Shown in pieces: positions 1 to 10,855 of a DNA stretch of 64,000 bases. How positions within the stretch are numbered: position 1 is the first letter of the stretch; every line of letters starts with the position of its first letter. This DNA is from Eledone cirrhosa (lineage: Eukaryota), in contig OZ024753.1 in assembly GCA_964016885.1 (NCBI GenBank), forward strand, positions 20,646,001 through 20,710,000. The letters are read 5' to 3'. The translations under genes were made by a program, and so were the position numbers. The notes below the pieces were generated by a model. It worked only from the letters and a program-made list of their open reading frames with translations. It had not been told where the DNA came from and made no database searches.

Positions 1-228
1 CACACACACACACACACACACACATATATACATACACACACACAAACTTGTGTGTGTGTGTGCCTTGGTACAGAAAGAATTTTGTCTACAGTTTTTTATT
101 GCCAGGTCAAAGGCCACAGCTCTTTTCTCCAACGCCAAATAACAACGCTCCACACACACACACACACACACATATAAATGAAGAGAGAAAGAGGGAGGGA
201 CAGAGAGAGTAAGAAATGTGTGTGTGTT

Positions 229-1197
229 TGGTACACGTCGGGCAGGGACCCTGCAAAAAAGATCTGTCCGAGGTGCGTGCGAGACGAAGAAACCGTCGCG
301 CACGCATTAATACACTGCCCGGGCGTCACTGACCTGTGGGGCTATGTAGAACGACTATTGTCGCGGGTGGGACCAATCCAGTTGACCACCGAGTCCATTG
401 TCATGATCAAACCGCCACCCTCCTTCAAAAACGAAGGAGAGGCGGTTTTCCTTTGTGTGATAGCTATGGCGAAAGAGGTTGTATGGTGGACAAGGTTGAA
501 AGGGCTGAGGTCAGACACCTTTCTCTCCGGCCAACAACTGATTCTTTTTTTCAAATACCACTTTGGAAGAAGAATCAGGATGGAGAGAGAGGTGCTGTAC
601 CCCAGCAAGTTTTATGAAAGGTGGGTGAAAGTGGCGAGAATGGCCCGAGTGAATGGGCCTTCTCTCTATATCAGCCTGTAGGTTGAGGAAAAGGAGGAGG
701 AGAGGAAGGGAGTACAAGCTCTTCGTACTCCTGGAGATGAGGGTTGCACATTTTTTTCGGGGGTATGTGTTACCCATATAAACTGTCTCCCTCTATTGGG
801 GAAAATCGACTAACTTTTTAAATTCCATCTGTGATATCATTTTACACGTTTTTATTGTATGTAAACTTCCCCGTTTGTATTTGTCCCCTTCTTTTGTGCC
901 CCTGTGGCTAATAAAGAAATATATCTATCTGTAGGTTGAGGAAAAGGAGGAGGAGAGGAAGGGAGTACAAGCTCTTCGTACTCCTGGAGATGAGGGTTGC
1001 ACATTTTTTTTTCGGGGGTATGTGTTACCCATATAAACTGTCTCCCTCTATTGGGGAAAATCGACTAACTTTTTAAATTCCATTTGTGATAACATTTTAC
1101 ACGTTTTTATTGTATGTAAACTTCCCCCTTTGTATTTGTCCCCTTCTTTTGTGCCCCTGTGGCTAATAAAGAAATATATCTATCTATCTATTTATCT
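229..1197 (+). mobile_element. 5'-truncated Tx1/L1-clade non-LTR retrotransposon: 3' end of ORF2 with CCHC zinc finger, then a duplicated 3' UTR and (TATC)n tail
   Basis: ORF 178-681 contains CPRCVRDEETVAHALIHCP (CX2C...HX4C, zf-RVT-like) and a W..R motif. The 253-bp UTR occurs twice (676-928, 929-~1183), each copy ending AATAAAGAAATATATCTATC. The 5' end abuts (GT)n. Confidence 0.75.
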
Positions 1198-1291
1198 CCA
1201 ACAGGGGGCTCACACATGCGGCCCGCGAACTACTTATCTGTGGCCCGTGGTAGAACCAATATTTCATATCGCATTATAACTGGTGAAAATA

Positions 1292-1500
1292 AGGCGGCGA
1301 GCTGGTGGAATCGTTAGCACATCTGGCGAATTGCTTAACGGTACTTCTTCCGTTTTTACGTTCAGAGTTCAAATTCCGCCGATCTCAACTTTGCCTTACA
1401 TCCTTTTTGGGTCGATGAATTAAGTACCAGTATCGATGCAATCGACTGAACCCTAAACCCCAAATTTCATGCCTTGTTCCTATAGTAGAAATGATTATAA
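1292..1500 (+). mobile_element. tRNA-derived SINE with Meta/MESC-like central core
   Basis: A-box-like GGCGAGCTGGTGGAATCGTTAG, B-box GAGTTCAAATTCC, core CTTTGCCTTACATCCTTTTTGGGTCGATGAATTAAGTACCAG, 3' GCCTTGTTCCTATAGTAGAAATGATTAT. The same core recurs elsewhere in the window. Confidence 0.7.
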
Positions 1501-1631
1501 CTGGTGAAATGTTCACCCACCACCACGTTTGGCCCGCTGTGCCTCTCCTCCAGGACGTAATAGCCCTTTTGTGTCCTTGAGTTTGAGACGCCTCTTCTAC
1601 ACACACACATATATTTTACTTTTTTTCTGGA

Positions 1632-1860
1632 CTACGCCCATGCTGGAGCATCACCTTCGTAAGTTATGAGGACGTCAACAAACCAACAAGCATTGGTGGG
1701 AGGGCAAACAAACGCAAAGACACACACAGACATATATACATATATACGACGGGCTTCTTTTAGTTTCGATCTATCAAATCCACTCACAGGGCTTTGGTCG
1801 GCTCGGGCAGTGGGACTGAACCCGAAAATATGTGGTTGGGAAACAAGCTTCTTGTCACAC

Positions 1861-1864
<4 letters not shown>
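1632..1864 (-). mobile_element. tRNA-derived SINE fragment (octopus OK-like family)
   Basis: Reverse B-box (GTGGGACTGAACCCG) and head at ~1810-1862. The body (AAATCCACTCACAGGGCTTTGGTCGG) is shared with the copy at ~19840-20015. Family assignment is from recall. Confidence 0.5.
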
Positions 1865-1890
<26 letters not shown>

Positions 1891-1896
<6 letters not shown>

Positions 1897-2695
1897 ATGA
1901 TGCCTGCATACGAACAGCAATGTTGCATGGCAGTGAGACCTGGGCATTGTGTGCAGAGGATATACGCAAACTAGAGAGGAACGAAGCTTGCATGCTCCGC
2001 TGGATGTGTAATAGTAACATACGTGAACGGCAAAGCATATGCGAACTAAGGAAAAAAATTTGAAATAAGAGGGATCAGATGTTGTTTACTCAAGAGAAGG
2101 CTACGTTGGTATGGTCACGTGATGCGCATGAAAGACGACAGCTGTATAACAAAGTGCAGGGCAATAAAGATAGACGGTAGCTACGGAGTAGGCAGACCCA
2201 GAAAAACCTGGGACGAGCTGATAAATTCTGACCTCACACACTTACACCTCTCCAAGACAATGTCACTGGACCGAGACCTTTGGCGGTACTCAGTAATAGA
2301 GAAGACCTGCCTTACCTAAATACAAAGTAAAACCTACTACAACCAGTAGGCATCTCTAACAAAATACCCCCCCCCCCATCCACACCGCCCCTTCAATGTA
2401 AAGTTATGTTGGTGCCACAACATCCAGGCCGAAACAAATGAGATCATGTAGGTGTCACGACAAAAAAACACAGTCCACGCTGTAATGTGGCCGTGTAGGC
2501 AACACGGTAAAAACCTCCCAGCCCCACACTGTAAATGTGGTTGGTGTTAGGAAGGGCATCCAGCTGTAGAAAACCCGCCAGACAGTCCTATGCGAGCAAG
2601 TCAATCACTCTTGCCTCAAGTGGGAATACCCCCATCCAAACCCATGCAAGCGTGGAACACGGACGTTAAACGTTGATGATGATGATGATGATGAT
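1891..2695 (+). mobile_element. RTE-clade LINE, family A, short 3' fragment with (GAT)n tail
   Basis: LYDACIRTAMLHGSETW...RLRWYGHVMRM...GRPRKTW. Near-identical to 12160-13095. Frameshift near 2060; tail at 2674-2695. Confidence 0.9.
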
Positions 2696-2696
2696 A

Positions 2697-3205
2697 TAAA
2701 GTCATAGATATATATGCGTTTTGCAACGGGTCACTTTGTGGCTCAATGAAGAATTAATAAATTAAATAATCAGAGCTATATATCATAAAACATGTCTATA
2801 GAATCACCAGATAAAATATATACCGTTTCATCTCCCAATTAGCATAATTAACCATATAAAAAATCAATTAGATCAAACTATAAGAATAAAGGCTCCTATG
2901 AAGAAAACTCCGACAAATAACCGAAAGCAGCCCCTTCGCGGCGGTTACCACGGAGTATTTATCGAATATTTCTACAGCATGTATATATCGACCAGATATA
3001 CAGTCAACTAAACAGAATTAGGTGTAAAATAAACTAGAAGAAAAGTGTACACAAGGGACTGCTTTCGGTTATTTGTCGGAGATTTCTTCATAGGAGCCTT
3101 TATTGTTATAGCTTGTTCTAATTGATTTTTTATATGGTTAATTATGCGAATTGGGAGAGGAAACGGTATATATTTTATCTGGTGATTCTATAGACATGTT
3201 TTATG

Positions 3206-3212
<7 letters not shown>
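2697..3212. repeat. Fold-back repeat element: ~160-bp inverted arms (2777-2936 / 3053-3212) with a ~115-bp spacer; a related copy without the second arm lies at ~5146-5505
   Basis: ATCATAAAACATGTCTATAGAATCACCAG...CCGAAAGCAG reappears as its reverse complement CTGCTTTCGG...CTGGTGATTCTATAGACATGTTTTATGAT. Confidence 0.8.
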
Positions 3213-3285
<73 letters not shown>

Positions 3286-3325
3286 GTGTGTGTATAATAT
3301 ATATATTATACACACACATATATAA

Positions 3326-3359
<34 letters not shown>

Positions 3360-3612
3360 ATAATATATATATTATACACACACACATATATAAATATATA
3401 TATATATATATATGTGTGTGTGTATAATATATATATTATACACACACATAAATATATAACCTTACACACTTAAATATAAATGCATGTATATATATACAAA
3501 TATATCAATGCATAGCTATATACATACGTAAATGTATGTATGTATATATGTATGTAGATTTATATATATATATATATACATGTATGTATGTATGTATGTA
3601 GATTTACTACTG
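3205..3612. repeat. Compound (TA)n/(TG)n/(CA)n microsatellite with a ~62-bp unit repeated three times
   Basis: Direct inspection: GTGTATAATATATATTATACACACACATAT occurs three times. Confidence 0.9.
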
Positions 3613-3844
3613 GTAATAGGCAGAATTCTAAGAGAAGGAAAACTCTGATATAACACCTGCAACCCTGATGGTATCCAAAGATGTTGACTTGTTCTTCTTT
3701 TTGGTAAATATCATCTTGGTTAAGAGAGTGGGACTGGCTTTGTGCAGTACCTTTGCTCACTACAAAAGCTTCACGGCACAGGCATTGCTTTATATCTGGA
3801 GATCTCTCTGCACTTGTCACATGGTACCATGGGCCCAGCACTAT

Positions 3845-3995
3845 GTGTCAATAATTGTCACAAGTGTAGTGTTTGTACCAGAGTTTTCAAGTCGCTGGCT
3901 GGACTACAAAGTCACACTCGTTCAGCGCATCGGTAGGGTTCTCCTACATGGATATAAAGTAGTGGCCGTACTCGAAAACGAGTTGGCAGCCACCA
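3845..3995 (+). mobile_element. 3' end of an RTE-type LINE with C-terminal C2H2 zinc finger
   Basis: CSVCTRVFKSLAGLQSHTRSAH then stop, followed by a short UTR with the hairpin ACTCGAAAACGAGT. Confidence 0.5.
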
Positions 3996-4000
3996 TGTAG

Positions 4001-4045
<45 letters not shown>

Positions 4046-4047
<2 letters not shown>

Positions 4048-5120
4048 TTGTTATATTTGGGGAGGGTCATATTTGCGTAATATTGCCAGAATTAATAACA
4101 GAACACACTCACTGTTTGGTTGGTTTTCGCTTCTCGCTGTCTTTTATATATATATATCTGCGATCTAACTTACTCGGTCCTCAATGTTGCCATTGACTGA
4201 CCGGCGGTCAAAAATAAAATAATACAGATACAATATAGACAAACACATATATATATAGTTTACATAAATCTTTCGTTGCACATCTGCAACATCGTCAGTG
4301 GTGTTATATTCATTGTTCCTCCTGTTGTGTTGTATGTCTACGCCATTTTTTTTGTTCAGTCCGTCTATATATTTATTTATTTGTTTGCTTGTTTGTTTAT
4401 CTTATTTTATTTTGTCTTCTTTGCGCATGCGTTTGCGTGTGTGATGTGTGACTAGTGTGTATAGTGTTGTGTCTGCTGGGTGACTAGTGTGTGTTTATGT
4501 GCTTGTGTATGTATTTATTTATCTTATTTTATTTAATTTAATTTACTTATTTATTTATACTTCTCTTAGGTCAGTGTTGTTTGTTTGGGTGTTGTTGTTG
4601 TTCCACTCATTCTTTCTGTTTAGCTTTGGTCTTCTAATTTCTATTTCACTGGCCTCTCTGATTTGCCTATCTGCTGGGTCATTCCTATGTTTAGATATTA
4701 TTCTAATTTCTATGTTGTCTATGTTACCGTCATGATGTTGTCTAGCATGTTCGTATAGTACTGACCCGTTTTTTCGTCCTTTTAGTTCCCCCCAGTGTTG
4801 GTCTATCCTTTCACCTATGCTACGAGCTGTCTCACCTATGTATGTTGTTGTCGTGTTTCTACAAGTACCCTCTGTACATCTTATGCTATAGACTACGTTT
4901 CTAGTTTTACAGTTTATCCGGGGGTTCACCTTACATATGATACATTTCCTATCCTATTTCCTATTGGTACAGTGGGTTTTCTTAAAACCAAACAGTGAGT
5001 GTGTTCTGTTATTAATTCTGGCAATATTACGCAAATATGACCCTCCCCAAATATAACAATATCTGTTTCGACACACGATTTCATATAAAAAACCTCGCAA
5101 AACTAATTCATCGCCGCTAT
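4046..5120 (-). mobile_element. Penelope-like element (Naiad-like) 3' fragment: GIY-YIG endonuclease bracketed by ~78-bp inverted repeats
   Basis: ORF 4555-4929(-): C..NVVYSIRC...C...YIGETARS...R...H...S.L..H...H...RQIREA...LNRKNEW. Inverted repeat at ~4046-4122 / ~4985-5062. Confidence 0.85.
4262..4302 (-). ncRNA. Degenerate minimal hammerhead ribozyme motif in the PLE 3' region
   Basis: Minus strand reads CTGACGA-T-GTTGCA-GATG-TGCAAC-GAAA, a perfect 6-bp stem II. Stems I and III are imperfect. Confidence 0.55.
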
Positions 5121-5503
5121 ATATATAAAGATTTACATATATTTATATAAAGTCACAGATATATATGTGGCAACCGTTCACGATGTGGCTCAATGAAGAA
5201 TTAATAAATTAAATAATCAGAGCAATATATCATAAATTATGTCCTTTGAATTATTAGATAAAATATATACAATTTCCTCTCCCAATTAGCATAATTAACC
5301 ATACAAAAAAATCAATTAGACCAAGCTATAAGGATAAAGGATGAAGAAATATTAGATAAATAACCGAAAGTAGCCTCTTCACGGTTGACCACAATAGAGT
5401 ATTTACCCAACATTTCAACAGCATGTAGAAACTGACCAAATATAATTAGGTATAAATTTAAAGTTAGAAGAAACGTGTACATACCGTAAGGACATAATTT
5501 ATG

Positions 5504-5540
<37 letters not shown>

Positions 5541-5541
5541 G

Positions 5542-5614
<73 letters not shown>

Positions 5615-6254
5615 GTGTGTGTGTATGTATGTATATTTATATATATGTATGTATATTTATGTATATATATATGTATGTAGATTTATATATATGTTTGTCG
5701 TCAGATTTTATTACCTAGGGAGTTTAAATACCACACTTCTGGTTGAAAGCTGACCAGGTTCTCAACTTCATCAAACACTAACGCCGGCCTGTGTGTGTGT
5801 GTATGTATGTGTATATATGTGTGTATGTATGTATGTGTGTGTATGTTCACCAGCATTGCTTCTTCTTGTCATTCCTGTTGAAGTAGTCTTTACTTTCATT
5901 CACTTTGATTTATTTTGATTTTCTTTTATCTCCCTAGGGAATTCGTTGACAAGCTTCTTTAATTTATTTTCTTTGTTTTCTTCATTCAAATCACTGACTG
6001 TCTAAGAGACGTACCAATATGATTTATAAAACTTACCAAACTGAAGGAGCTTCTAGCGCCCTCAAAGTTTCAAACGCCCCCTTACTGCATAACGCGCACC
6101 TGGGGCTACGAAACACCCTCCGGGGAGGGGGGCATGTGCCCCCCCCCCCGTTCAGAACCTTTAACATAGACAATCGGCTTTCCTGGTGATTTCCTTCAAA
6201 TGAAACAGTTCTAATCCTGTAGAAGCCATTTCTATGTTAAATATAAATGTCTGG

Positions 6255-6425
6255 CATCTGTCTGTGGTGGAAGTGTAACACCGGCTGTGGCTGTAGAGCC
6301 CGATCCCCAAATGGCAGGTCCTGTTGCAGTTGCTGCATGTGAAGACGATGTCGTCCAAGGGAGCTCACTCCTCTCTCTCACATCTGTGTGCTCTTCTTTC
6401 TTCCCACTGCTCCTCTTCCTATGCA
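6255..6425 (-). mobile_element. RTE/BovB-like LINE 3' remnant (C-terminal zinc finger)
   Basis: FTCSNCNRTCHLGIGLYSHSRC matches the F.C..C.R.C.SRIGL.SH.R motif. Confidence 0.6.
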
Positions 6426-8390
6426 CACCAATTCTTTAAAGCTTTAGATAAATGTTTTCCTAAGTCCCATAAGTATCACTTCATTTTTAACAGACATACA
6501 ATCAAGCTCTCTTACTCTACTACTATGAATGTAGCCCAGAATATTGCTAGAATCAATAATAAGAATTTAAAATTAAACTCAACCCAAGTAAACTCAAATA
6601 GCAATAACAATATAATTAATAACATTACGTATAATAATAATAGCGAATGCATAAATAATAATACGGTATCTTTGAATAACGATATAAGGAAATGTAATTG
6701 CAGAAATAACATCTTATGCCCTTTACAGAATAATTGCCTTGATAGAAATTTAGTATACAAATACACCATAAAAACCAGTGATAGATTATATAACTATAGA
6801 GGAGCAACTTCTTCAAAATTTAAGGAGCATTGGTATAATCATAAACATACTTTCAAACGATCGGATAAAAAATTCTCAACCTCACTATCACGATTAATTT
6901 GGTCTTTAAAAGACAATAACTCTGATATTCAATCTATTGGAGAAAAATATTGAAGCACCAGTTTACCAAAATAGGGCACTCTCGGGAATTTGCCATCTCT
7001 GTATTGAAGAAATCTTTCATATAATTACCAATCCTGGTAATATTATTAACAAAAGAAAGAAAATATTTAATTCTTGTTTGCATCGATTCTCCAGAACATT
7101 TCACAATATTTATAATTTATAAAAACTACTACACTGTGGTCTGTATAAGTTGCATATGTACAATATATATTTTTAATTGCTTTTAAATGGTCTTAAATTT
7201 ATACATAGAAACATTTCTAATACAATGTAAAAAACTATTATCAAAACCATATTTACTATATGGTGATCTTATATGAATTTTCTACTTATATTATAATATA
7301 GATTATAATTAATTATTAGGTTAAACAATAGATGAAACAATATATTATTAAATATCCATCGTAAACATTCCTTAAATTACTAAATATTATTTTTGCTTAC
7401 ATTTCAACTTGCATAACTGTTTAAATATTATATTACTAACCTTATACAATAATAGATTATACCTAATACTATACATTTTTACTTTCATATATAATGACTT
7501 TCACATTCTTGAAGTATATATATAAAATTCTTGAAGTATATATATAAAATATTATTGCTTGATCTATCTTACACTCATAATTCTATGTCTATATATATAT
7601 ACTTAAATAAGATCTATATTCACGTGTAATCATTTATGTAATAAATAATAATTTATTTTTTAAAATAACGATATATAATAATGTCTTACACTACATTACA
7701 TTATATTTATAACTAGTCTCATAATATTAAAATATATGCGAAAAATATATCCACTCGTATATGTAAATACAGTGTATATTTCGCATATTATATTGTTGTA
7801 ATTGCTTTAATAAATTAATAGTTTATAATTTAATACAATACATTATAATTCTCATCTAAATATTATAAATACTTCCATATTCTTCAAATATAAATTTTAA
7901 AAAATTGAATAAATAAATAAGTATAATTATATCATTCTTTCTAAACCCTTGTAAATATGTTTGGGTGTATATATGTATATTTCTATAAATAATTCTAAAA
8001 TAGCTCTACCATAATTTTTTCAAATTTAATAGCAAGCCCTTAAAAAATTTTAATAAGTATTTAAAATTTATCAAGCATCTAAACTTAACGGCTCTTTTCA
8101 GTTTTAACGTTATCCTCATTAGCATATTTCCCTGAACTTATAACATGAAGTTCACATGAAGATATGTCACTATCTTAACTCCAATTATTATATTTTATCT
8201 GATGAAAGCGTACTTAAATATTAGTACCCTTGAAATACGTATAATAAAATAAATATGGTTTTATAAAGATATTTTCCATTTATTAATATTATTGATATTA
8301 ATGATACTCCAGATAAATTTTGTTGAGTGCTTCTAATCTGTTGTAAAATTAACTTTGTTGAATAATCAACAAACCAAATAACTCATTGTT
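6424..8390 (+). mobile_element. Penelope-like element (Hydra-clade-like) 3' part: RT thumb, linker and GIY-YIG, frameshifted, with a long AT-rich 3' UTR
   Basis: FP..H.Y..IFNRHTIKLSYS...CNCR...CPL...CL..NLVY...Y.G.T...FKE.WYNH...F...TSLS..IW.LK, then C.LC.EE...I.....INKR....SC.H in the next frame (6937-7122). Hammerhead at 8191-8251. Confidence 0.85.
8191..8251 (+). ncRNA. Type I minimal hammerhead ribozyme
   Basis: Stem I TATTTTAT/ATAAAATA; core CTGATGA (8199-8205); stem II AAG.GTACT/AGTAC.CTT; GAAA (8232-8235); palindromic stem III ATACGTAT; AUA cleavage triplet. Confidence 0.85.
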
Positions 8391-8406
8391 TATATATATA
8401 TACATA

Positions 8407-10753
8407 CATCATCATCATCATCATCACCATCACCGTTTTACGTCCGTTCTTCCACGCTAGCATGGGTTAGACGGGTTGTCCTGTTGTGTGCAGTGTCTGG
8501 TCGGCTGACCATGCCTTGCTCATGCAGGAACTGATCTGGCTTGATTTCTACAGCTGGATGCCCTTCCTAACACCAACCCCATTTACAGTGAGTGCTGGGT
8601 GCTTTTTCGTGGCGCCTACACGTCCACTTTACAGTGTGGGCTGGGTGCTTTTTTTGCCGTGGCACCTACACGACCACCTTGCGGTGGGGGCATATTGTTT
8701 ATATGCTTCAGCATGTACCCATGGGAGGTCGGGTACTCTGTATTACTGCGTGACGCCAGAAGTCACGGTCGTGTGTCATTGTCTTTGAGAGGTGTAATTG
8801 GGTAAGGTCGGCTTTTATCACCTCATCCCAGGTCATCTTGGGTCTCCCCACTCCGCGGTTTCCATCAACTTCTAGTGCTCTGCACCTTTTTATGCAGCTG
8901 TCATCCTTCATACGCATCACATGTCCATACCAGCGCAACCGCACACAGCATTTGATACCTCTTATGCTCAGTCTCTCTCTCAATTCATTTATGCTTTGTC
9001 GTTCACGTATATTACTGTTACACATCCATCGGAGCATGCAGGCTTCGTTTCTCTCTAATCTACGTAAGTCTTCCACCTTCAGCGCTCAGGTCACACTACC
9101 ATGCAACATCGCTGTTCGGATACACGCATCATACAGTCTGCCTTTCATTCTGAGGGAGAAGCCTTTTGCAGCTAGCAGTGGTAGTAGTTCCCTAAACTTC
9201 TTCCATCCCGTTCTTACCCTAGTTATTGTACTTTCTGAACACCCACCTCCGTTGCTAATTCGGTCACCTAGGTAGCAGAAACTGTCTACTGTTTCTACAG
9301 GGCCCTCCCAGAGATTGGTGGTACTTGTTTCCTGTGACTGTTTGCTGCTTGCTGTTTCAGCACAGCTGCTGCATGTGAATCCTACATTCTTAATTAAGCT
9401 TCCTGAGATCCCGCTACATCTCTTGTGTACCCATTGTTTGCATTTGGGGCAGAGAATGGAGTTCCTACCTACACCTTTCCTACATACTGAGCAAGGCCAT
9501 TTCCCCGAGGGGATCTGGGTTCTGTTTTCTCATCTACTTACAAGGACCTTAGTCTTTGTCATGTTGACTTTGAGACCCTTTCTCTCTAGTCCCTGCTTCC
9601 AGGTTTGGAATTTATTCTCTAGTTCTACCATAGATTCAGCTATGAGTGCGACGTCATCAGCATACAGGAGTTCCCATGGGCATCCGGTCTTAAACTCCTC
9701 CGTTATTGCCTGCAGGACTATGATGAACAGGAGAGGGCTAAGAACAGAGCCCTGGTGGACCCCAACCTGTACGCTAAATTCCTCGCTATACTCATTGCTA
9801 ATCCTAACTTTGCTGACTGCTCCCCTATACATGGCTTGTACCACTTTCACAAGCCATTCATCTACTCCTAGTTTTCTAAGAGCCCACCAGATTACAGCAC
9901 GTGGAACTCTGTCAAAGGCTTTCTCAAGGTCGACAAATGCCAAGTAGAGTGGCTTACTTTTAGCTAGGTACTTTTCCTGTAATTGCCTTACAAGGAAGAG
10001 GGCATCAGTGGTGCCTCTTCCTGGTACAAACCCAAATTGCATCTCGTCTATATTCACCCGGTCCCTAATCAGCTGTGCTATAACTCTTTCTGTTACTTTC
10101 ATGACCTGGTCCATCAACTTTATACCTCTATAGTTTCCTCTATCTAGTGCATCGCCTTTACCTTTGTAGCAGTTGACAATGATGCTACTGCACAAATCTT
10201 TTGGTATGGCCCCTTCTAGTATTACCTGGTTAACGATACGTGTGGTTATAGTGTGACCTACAGACCCAGATGCCTTCAGCATCTCGGCAGCTATACCCGA
10301 TGGACCGGTTGCCTTCCCCATCTTCATATCTTTGATTGCCTTACTTACTACGCTGCTGCTGACTTGTACTGCTGGTCCCTCTATAGGGTCTACTTGGGGT
10401 AGGGTCTCTTCTTCCCATGCATTCTCCTCATTTAGTAATCTATCATAATGACTCTTCCATGCATCTTTCTTCTCAGCACTTGTGAGGGCAAGCTCACCTT
10501 TATCATTCCGGATACACTTCTCTCCAATGACATCGCAACTATCTCTGACACACTGCCTCGCAATCTTGAATACCTCCTGTTTCTGGTCCTCATGTTGTAA
10601 AACATGCTTGAATTTTCTATCCTCTGCTTCCCTCCTAGCTAGGTATACTTGTCGCCTAGCTTCCCTCTTGGTCTCTATGTAATGTACCCTGCTCCCCCCA
10701 TTCTTCCATTCTTTCCATGCCTGTCTCTTGGCCTTAACTGCTTCATCTACCTT
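8407..10753 (-). mobile_element. RTE-clade LINE, family B, 5'-truncated (RT, PHD-like finger, C-terminus, 3' UTR, (GAT)n tail), with frameshifts
   Basis: ORF 9530-10858 has YKGKGD..NYRGI, QFGF.PGRGT, FVDLEKAFD, GVHQGSVLSP, LLYADD. C-terminal ORF 8708-9076. (CAT)n at 8407-8433. The N-terminal 'IYIY' of the ORF call is microsatellite. Confidence 0.93.
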
Positions 10754-10808
<55 letters not shown>

Positions 10809-10855
10809 TATATATATAAATATATACATATATATGTATATATATATATATATAT

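Noticed and set aside
1202-1250. hAT-like left end CAGGGGGCTC...GCGGCCCGCG (and a GC-rich end-like tract at ~6050-6160)
   Set aside because: No matching second TIR or TSD was found, and it is too short to call.
3175-3473. IYIY/CVCV ORFs here and at 10750-10858, 13100 and 14157-14607
   Set aside because: These are translations of (TA)n/(TG)n microsatellites.
3742-3936. Host C2H2 zinc-finger gene exon
   Set aside because: It is a single finger with no TGEKP linker, followed by a LINE-like 3' end.
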